From the NCBI GenBank assembly GCA_951406725.2, contig OX597816.1, positions 89,032,001-89,096,000 on the forward strand: 64,000 nt of DNA. Reading direction: 5' to 3'. The translations under genes and the position numbers were made by a program. Source of the stretch: Octopus vulgaris (Eukaryota). The notes below the pieces were generated by a model. That model saw only the letters and a program-made list of their open reading frames with translations. It was not told the origin of the DNA and made no database searches. Shown piece after piece: positions 56,059 to 64,000 of this stretch. Positions within the stretch are counted from its first letter, which is position 1. Every line of letters begins with the position of its first letter.

Positions 56059-57741
56059 TATGGATGACCTAAAACTATACGCTGCAAATGACAAACAGCT
56101 GGAAACACTATTAAAGACAATTCATGGATTTACCAAAGAAATAGATCTGAAATTTGGATTAGAAAAATGCGCCAAAGTAACCATGAAAAGAGGAAAACTA
56201 GTTAAGAGTAACAACATCACACTAGATAAAACCAATGAAATAAAAGAATGAGACCAAAGCCAAACTTACAAATACTTAGGAATCCATGAACTAGATAAGA
56301 CACAACACACACAAATGAAAGAGAAAATAAAAAAAGAATATTATAGACGAGTTAGATCAATACTAAACACAAAGCTCAATGCTAAAAACAAGATAATAGG
56401 TATCAACACTTTAGCTGTCCCAGTTATAAGTTACAGCTACATATCCTTAACTGGACACGAAATGAACTGACCAAAATAGATAGGAAAACAAGAAAAATAA
56501 TGACAGGATCTAGGATGCATCACCCAAAATCTGACATAGAAAGACTATATATACAACGTATAGAAGGTGGTAGAGGCCTTATACAGCTGGAAAACTACTA
56601 TAAAATAACCACCATAGGACTGCAAACATATCTACTTCAGAAGGAAGGAAAACTGATCCAGATAGCGGCAAAACACGAGCAAAACAAAAAACTGTTCTCA
56701 GTATTTAAGGAAGCTGACAAATACAAACAAGAAATCATACCACCTAATAAACAAGAAGAAGAAGAAGAAGAAGAAGAAGAAGAAGAAGAAGAAGAAGAAG
56801 AAGATGAAGAAACAACAAAAGCTATAAAACAAATGAAATCCAAACTAAAAATAGAACAGCAACGAACCATGATAAAACCATGATAAAAGCCCCTTCATGG
56901 TAAATACTGCACTAAACTAAACGCAAAAGAAATAGACAAAGAAAAATCCCAGCAATGGTTGAGAAGCTCAGGACTCAAAGCAGAGACAGAGGGATTTTTA
57001 ATTGCAGCACAAGACCAAAGCCTCCCCACCAGAAATTACCAAAAACATGTAATGAAAAGAAATATTACAAGTAACTGCAGAATATGTGGAGATGGACAAG
57101 AAACAATAAATCATATTATCTCTAGCTGCCCAGTCCTGGCTAAGAAGGAATATATTCACAGATATGACAGAGTTGGAACCTACATACATTGGAAGCTATG
57201 CCAACATTATGGAATAACAACAGAAAAAGATGGTATAGGCACACACCAGAAAAGGTCACAGAAAACGAGAAAGCAACCATACTCTGGGATATGCCGATAC
57301 ACACAGATAGAGAAATTAAGGCCAACAGACCAGATATAGTTGTCAGAGATCATGAAGAAAAACAATGCTTTCTAATTGATGTATCAATACCGGCAGATGA
57401 CAACGTGTCTCTAAAAGAAATGGATAAACTCTCAAAATACAAAGACCTGGAAATATAGGTAACTAGAATGTGGAATCTGAAAACGGAAACAATTCCTATC
57501 ATAGTAGGTGCATTAGGCATGATAAAAAAATATTCAGACAAATACATAACAAAAACACCAGGACTTACAAACACATATAACATACAGAAAATTGCACTAC
57601 TAGGCACTGCACACATCTTACGCAGAACACTTTCCATACAATAACCATCAGAGCATCACAACAAATCACAGCACATACCCAAGGCACACAGAGCTGCGCT
57701 CGGTAGTGAAGTGAAAGCACGCTATAAAAATAAAACTACTG
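56059..57741 (+). mobile_element. 5'-truncated Dong/R4-clade LINE (RT, CCHC knuckle, restriction-like endonuclease) in (AAT)n
   Basis: Motifs MDDLKLY, KFGLEKC, YKYLG, GGRGL, AAQDQ, CRIC..ET..HI.S.C and NRPDIV..IDVSIP..KY.DL; several stops and frameshifts. Confidence 0.9.
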
Positions 57742-57757
57742 AATAATAATAATAATG

Positions 57758-57827
<70 letters not shown>

Positions 57828-57880
57828 TGATGATGATGATGATGATAATAATAATAATAACAACAACAATAATAATAATA

Positions 57881-58387
57881 ATGATTGGAAGTGTTATCAT
57901 GTACATTGTTTTGTCTTGGTATAAAAGATGGGCTACAGCAAATATTCTGCTCAATACCACAGATTTGCTTGTCAGTTGTTTGACCTTAACCAGTTGAGCA
58001 TGTCCCTTAGTGGCTGACGATATGTGCATCTCTGATCACGAGCAGAAGTAGTGGGGGAGCATCATAGCCATGTGTTGAGAGGGATTCTTTGGGGTTTGAA
58101 TAATTCACCTCTGGAAACATGGGTGGTTCTTTCAACATCCTTAAACAACCCTTATTCAGGGACCTTTTGAGCGGGATGGGCTACTCAACCTGAAGAAAAT
58201 TCTAACTGGGCCCCACCTGCAAGGTCATGTGCTGTTTATCTTGATATGAGATTACCATGTCGCGCACATATGGTTGTGATGCATGTGCCTGGTGTACCCT
58301 TATCAGACGGGTAGTCATGATGGGTATATTGGGCTTCGTATATTTTACCCCAGTGTCACTTTGATGGCATGAACTGCTCTCTCACTC
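57881..58387 (+). mobile_element. ~500-bp (AAT)n-flanked repeat, copy 2
   Basis: Direct repeat of copy 1. Confidence 0.85.
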
Positions 58388-58415
58388 AATAATAATAATA
58401 ATAATAATAATAATA

Positions 58416-58953
58416 GCCCTGATGCAGTTTCAGGCAGTGGCTTAACTGATTAGAAGTGTTATTACGTAAATGATTCACCTTGGTGTAAGAGATGGGCTAC
58501 AACAAATATTCTGCTCCATACCACAAATTTGCTTGTCAGATGCTCGACCTTAGCGAGTTTAGCTTGTCCCATATTGGTTGGTGATATGTGCGTCTCCGCT
58601 CACGAGTAGGATTAGTGGGGGAGTATCATAGCCATATGTTGAGAGGGATTCTTTGGTGCTTCAATAACTCGTTACCGGAAACATAGGTGTTTCGTTCAAC
58701 GTTCTCATACAACCCTTATTCTAGGACCTTTTCAGCAGGATGGACCTTAAGACTTTAAGAAATGTGTAACTGGGCCCCACACCTGCAAGTCATGTGTTGT
58801 TTATCTTGATATGAGATGCTCATGTCGCACAAATGTGGTTGTGATGCATGGGTCTGGTGTATCCTTGTCAAATGGGTGGTCATGATAAGTATATTGGGTT
58901 TCGTATATTTGTACCCCGGTTTCACTTTGATAACATACGCTGCTCTCTCACTC
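58416..58953 (+). mobile_element. ~540-bp (AAT)n-flanked repeat, copy 3 (diverged, longest 5' end)
   Basis: Collinear with copy 2, more substituted, same 3' end. Confidence 0.8.
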
Positions 58954-59068
58954 CATAATAATGATGACTATGATGAAGATAAAATTATTATTATTATAAT
59001 TATTATTATGACGATTGTTATTATTATTATCATCATCACCATCATCATCATTACTAAAATCACTACTT

Positions 59069-59153
<85 letters not shown>

Positions 59154-59597
59154 CAACAACAATATCGCTAATTGTCCTACACGAAACACAAAACAATTAA
59201 TAATAGTTTGGTGTGCGTTTCACTCGCCTTTGTTCTGTGGTAGACCTCTGAGGATTTACCTAATTTACGAGAGAATTTCTTTTTATTTTTAATATATTTT
59301 TATACACGTATATTGTAAGAAGAAAAATGGCACGTGGAATGGAATAGAATAGGAGGTTCTATTATTTGGATGTGATGTGGTAAGGGGTTATTTTCGACTG
59401 ACAGCTCAGTATGAATTGATGGTATAAAAAAGAGTTTGTGGCGCCATGCTACTGGTGGAAGGAAAAGTGGAGAACAGTGCAAAATGAAGCAGAAAATCAG
59501 TAGACCATGAATGAATTATAGCGCTTATTCTTCTATATGAAATATGAAACATAAAATTTTAGACTAAAATATTAAGTATGTACACACACACACAAAC

Positions 59598-59630
<33 letters not shown>

Positions 59631-59668
59631 CATGCATACATACATACATACATACATACATACATACA

Positions 59669-59702
<34 letters not shown>

Positions 59703-59845
59703 CATACATGCAATATGTCCATAGTCACATATACATATATATACAGTATACATACAGATTGTGAGAATGTCTTAAAGAACTGAGAGATATTCTTGTGCAT
59801 AAATACGTGTTTATAAGTGTATGTGTGCGTGTATATGTATATATA

Positions 59846-59878
<33 letters not shown>

Positions 59879-60410
59879 ATAAACATACATATATGTGTGT
59901 ATATATATACACACATAAGCACACCCACGCGTAAATATTCATACAAAAACTGAGAAAACCTTAGAGAATTATGATATATTCATATACATAAATACGTGTG
60001 TGTATAAACATAAGCACACACACACAAGTACACATATACACACACATACATGTACATATATACATATACACACATACACACACAAACGCACGCACGCACA
60101 CACACACATACACATGTATATATTACGAACGCATTTTTCTGCATCGTTTTGTTTTTTTCCTTTAAAAAATTCCTTTCCTGAGAAGACCATTTTTTCTCAT
60201 TAAAAAGTCATACTGGAAAAAATTACATTATCAGTTTGGGCAATTATGATTACGATGAAATGATAATAGATTGAAAAAATATTCACATACTTAAAATGAA
60301 ATTATGGACGTGAAATAATCACCTATCTATGTTTTTATCTATATCTGCAGGTACATACATACATGCAGACAGCCAAACAGACAGGCAGACATACAGAGAG
60401 ACAGACAGAC

Positions 60411-60484
<74 letters not shown>

Positions 60485-60537
60485 ATGTACTCATGTATCT
60501 CTGTTGTGTCTGTTTATACATACATACTTGCAGACAA

Positions 60538-60597
<60 letters not shown>

Positions 60598-60713
60598 GTG
60601 TGTGTATGTGCGTGTATGTATATATGTATGTATGCATGTATGTTTGTATAGTTATGTGTCTATATATGAGTATATATATATATACACACACATACACTCA
60701 CGCGCACACACTC

Positions 60714-60761
<48 letters not shown>

Positions 60762-61049
60762 GCTTATATTAGTTTTTAATGTTTTTGGAGTAGATGTTTA
60801 TGGCTATTTAAATCTCTGTACTTTTTGTGTGGGGTTTCTGTTGTGTTGCGGTAGTACGTGTGTGTGCACGTATACCTGAATGTACGTAACATTTTTTACA
60901 TTAAAGTTTCTTAAACCAATCGCAAAACAAAAATTATACTTCTCCGACATTGCATCGGAGGCATCAAAAGTACTAATATTACCCAAAGACCACAACTAAG
61001 AATGAAATATCTTTAAAAAATGCATTTCAAAAGCAACAGCAAAATACAT

Positions 61050-61065
61050 GAACAATAATAATAAT

Positions 61066-61148
<83 letters not shown>

Positions 61149-61162
61149 TGATGATGATGATG

Positions 61163-61233
<71 letters not shown>
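61050..61233 (+). repeat. (AAT)n/(GAT)n microsatellite
   Basis: Direct tandem repeat. Confidence 0.95.
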
Positions 61234-62448
61234 CAGTGCGAACCAAAAATGTCTACAACAACCACCACAAGCGCAAATTTTTATCATGATAACAAAAGAA
61301 AACCTCAAATAATGGCAATAACAGCAATAATATAGAAAAAAAAACATAGCAAATATCTCTAGCACAACCAACTAAATCCGGAAATAGCCCACACTCCTTA
61401 CAACACATTGCCAAAGTTCTACATTCAAAACTTCAGCAGCCACTAACATTATCTCCAACACAGCAGCATCACAACAGTAATAACCACAACAATTGGCACA
61501 ATACAAAAAAAAATTACACACTAATAACAAACAATAATATAAACGTATTGCTACTTGCACCATCACCCTCACTATCACAACCACCACTACAGCCAGAGCC
61601 GACCATTCTCCGGAAATCGCACACTTCTAACAACATATTGCTAAAGTTTACTACGTTTAAAACTTCCAACAGGCACCGCTATCAATACTATTACCATTAT
61701 ATCATCTCAGTGACAACAGAGAAAACCAGCACCACCGCAACCATCTTACCTACTCCACTACCACCACCACCACCACTATCATCATCATCATCACTATCAC
61801 CTCCTCCAACAACAACAACAACAGCACTAATTCGAGTGACAACAAAAGGATCACCAGCAACACCAACGTACAGATGGGGAAAACGAAAGACTGTTGTTCT
61901 TGAGTCAACTCGATGGAGAAGAGCAAGATGGAAGAGAGGAGAAAAATATAGTGAAGATGAAGAAAAAAATTAACACAAAAGATGAAAACTCATGCATAAT
62001 TAATGCTGTGAAGCGTAAAATACTTGAAATTATTGCTGGGAGACAAGTCTATCAAAATAGCATATCAATACTGATTAATAATCTTTTTAACGCAAATTGC
62101 TCTATTAAGTTTTGAATAGTAAAAGGAGAACATTTCGAGAGTGTTGTTGTTGTCTATTTGAAGCGTACACGGCTATTGTTCAAGTAGATATCAGAAAAAA
62201 AATATATATATTCTGATGATAATATTAACACCACCAACAACAACAACGACAATATCAACAACAACAAGAGCGACAACAACACAGCAACAATAGTATATTT
62301 TCGTAGTAGATCAGTTGCATTGAAATTTATGACAGCACACGGAATAATTATTGTTATGGTGAATATGATGATGATAGATATGGTACTACTATTACCACAA
62401 CCACCACTACCACTATACTACGACTACTACTACTACTACTACTACTAC

Positions 62449-62505
<57 letters not shown>

Positions 62506-63289
62506 CTACAAAATCTGCTGTTCATCATTTTGTCATGTGTAATCCTTTCATTCGTATAACATCGTGTTATCTCAGGTCTACTTTATTTTTACTTTGTTTT
62601 GATTTTGTTTTTGCTTGTAGTCGTGTTTTGTTATAACTTAGTTGTAGAATAAATAAATAAATGAATAAATAAATAAGTAATATAAACAGATGCCGTGGCT
62701 CAGTGGCTGTGCGCCGCATCTTATGTGAACTCATTTATTGAAACTGATTGCCTCAATAAATAGATTTTTTATACATATGTCCCATTTATGTTGTGCACAC
62801 GTGTCTGGATATGCATTATAGAGAACTACACAAAAGGAATTACATTATACCCGTAAAATAAATATTTTTGTTTACAGTAGAGGTTTACAGTATCGGCATG
62901 CTGCCTTGGTTTATAGAGGTAAGTTGTCACAATTTGTAAAATGCTACTCCGGCTGTAGATTTAAAAATCTAAGATTGGTATGCATATATGAAATGTACGC
63001 CATAATTATCGTGAGTATCAGCCATATAAAGATTTTTGAATTAAATGAACTTATTGTTAATTTTTATCACTAAGTGGGATGTACATATTTGAATTGTTTG
63101 ACCACATACTATTACAAACACGACTCCACTCATGGGGGTTTCGCATTCTTGAAAATCTTAACCTAACGTGAATCTTGTTTTCTCGTTGAGTTTATGTTAC
63201 ATGTAAGTCGGAGACAGAATAAGTTCCATGTTACAGGAATGCACGTTAGCAAAAGATTTTCTTAAGTGCAACGTTTCAATAATGCAGGG

Positions 63290-63990
63290 GATATTTGTAT
63301 TACACTGCTCATATGCAGCTAAACAAAGACAAATGTGAACTAATCCACTTCAGAAAAGGGTATTCAATTAAGTTACCATACACCATTTACTCGGGTGAAA
63401 CTCTCGTGACATCAAGCACCACTAGAGATCTCGGAGTAACTGTCGATAACAACTTAAGCTTGAGAACCCACATAAACAGCAAAGTTAACATGGCCTGCAG
63501 GACGCGCTCCTAGACTCTTAGGAATTTCTGGTTTAAGAATGATCCTACCCCTATCCTTCTCTTTTCTACTTTCGCTCGTCTTCACTTGAGTAGTTTGGTC
63601 CGCTATAATCACCCTGCAAGGAAAAATAAGTATTATAAAAATAGAAGCACCCCAAAGATCAATAACAAAAAAGATGAAATGACAGTTCTTTATTACTGGG
63701 ATGAGCTCGTAAAGCTCGAATTCTAATTTTCTGCAACACCGCAGTGAACACTATGTTACTTGTAAAATGGGGAAAAATATTCCATCAACATTGTCCAACT
63801 TATTTTGGCATTAATTTTAAGATTTACTCAAGACTTACACCACGTGTCTACAAATATCGTGCTCGAGTCACATCACGATACTAATACAGAACTGTATTTC
63901 TTTAAGTAGCCCTGCTTCCCCTAACGCTCATGCCAAGAGACATAAGGAATAATGATATCTCAAAGCATGCAAGCAGTTCCTGGGTGAATT
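63290..63990 (+). mobile_element. Old CR1-group LINE 3' remnant
   Basis: Translates to MQLNKDKCELIHF...TRDLGVTVDNNLS..THI. Confidence 0.65.
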
Positions 63991-64000
63991 CATCTAACTA

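Noticed and set aside
55500-58960. CRISPR-like repeat-spacer array
   Set aside because: The context is eukaryotic; the 'repeats' are (AAT)n and the 'spacers' are retroelements.
61548-61973. 141-aa Thr/Pro-rich ORF
   Set aside because: It is low-complexity decayed trinucleotide repeat.

Overview
This is AT-rich eukaryotic DNA, very dense in microsatellites ((TA)n, (TG)n, (AAT)n, (GATA)n). The repeat landscape suggests a mollusc, probably an octopus or other cephalopod; that assignment is inference. I find no supportable host-gene exon, and most entries in the ORF track are translated microsatellites. The window is a transposon graveyard: at least three tRNA-derived SINE families, CR1-group, RTE, L1/Tx1 and Dong/R4 LINE pieces, Penelope-like remnants, Tc1/mariner-superfamily and Chapaev3-like DNA transposons, and non-autonomous Helitrons. 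Five signals stand out. (1) Type I hammerhead ribozyme motifs, one inside a near-perfect foldback. (2) Three unrelated foldbacks with 77-83 bp loops, each abutting a microsatellite. (3) Two SINE-LINE pairs that share 3' tails, one with a covarying stem-loop. (4) A CCCH zinc finger in frame with a LINE endonuclease. (5) A nest of (AAT)n-targeted Dong/R4 elements interleaved with a ~500-bp non-autonomous repeat. Family assignments come from motif recognition only; no searches were run.
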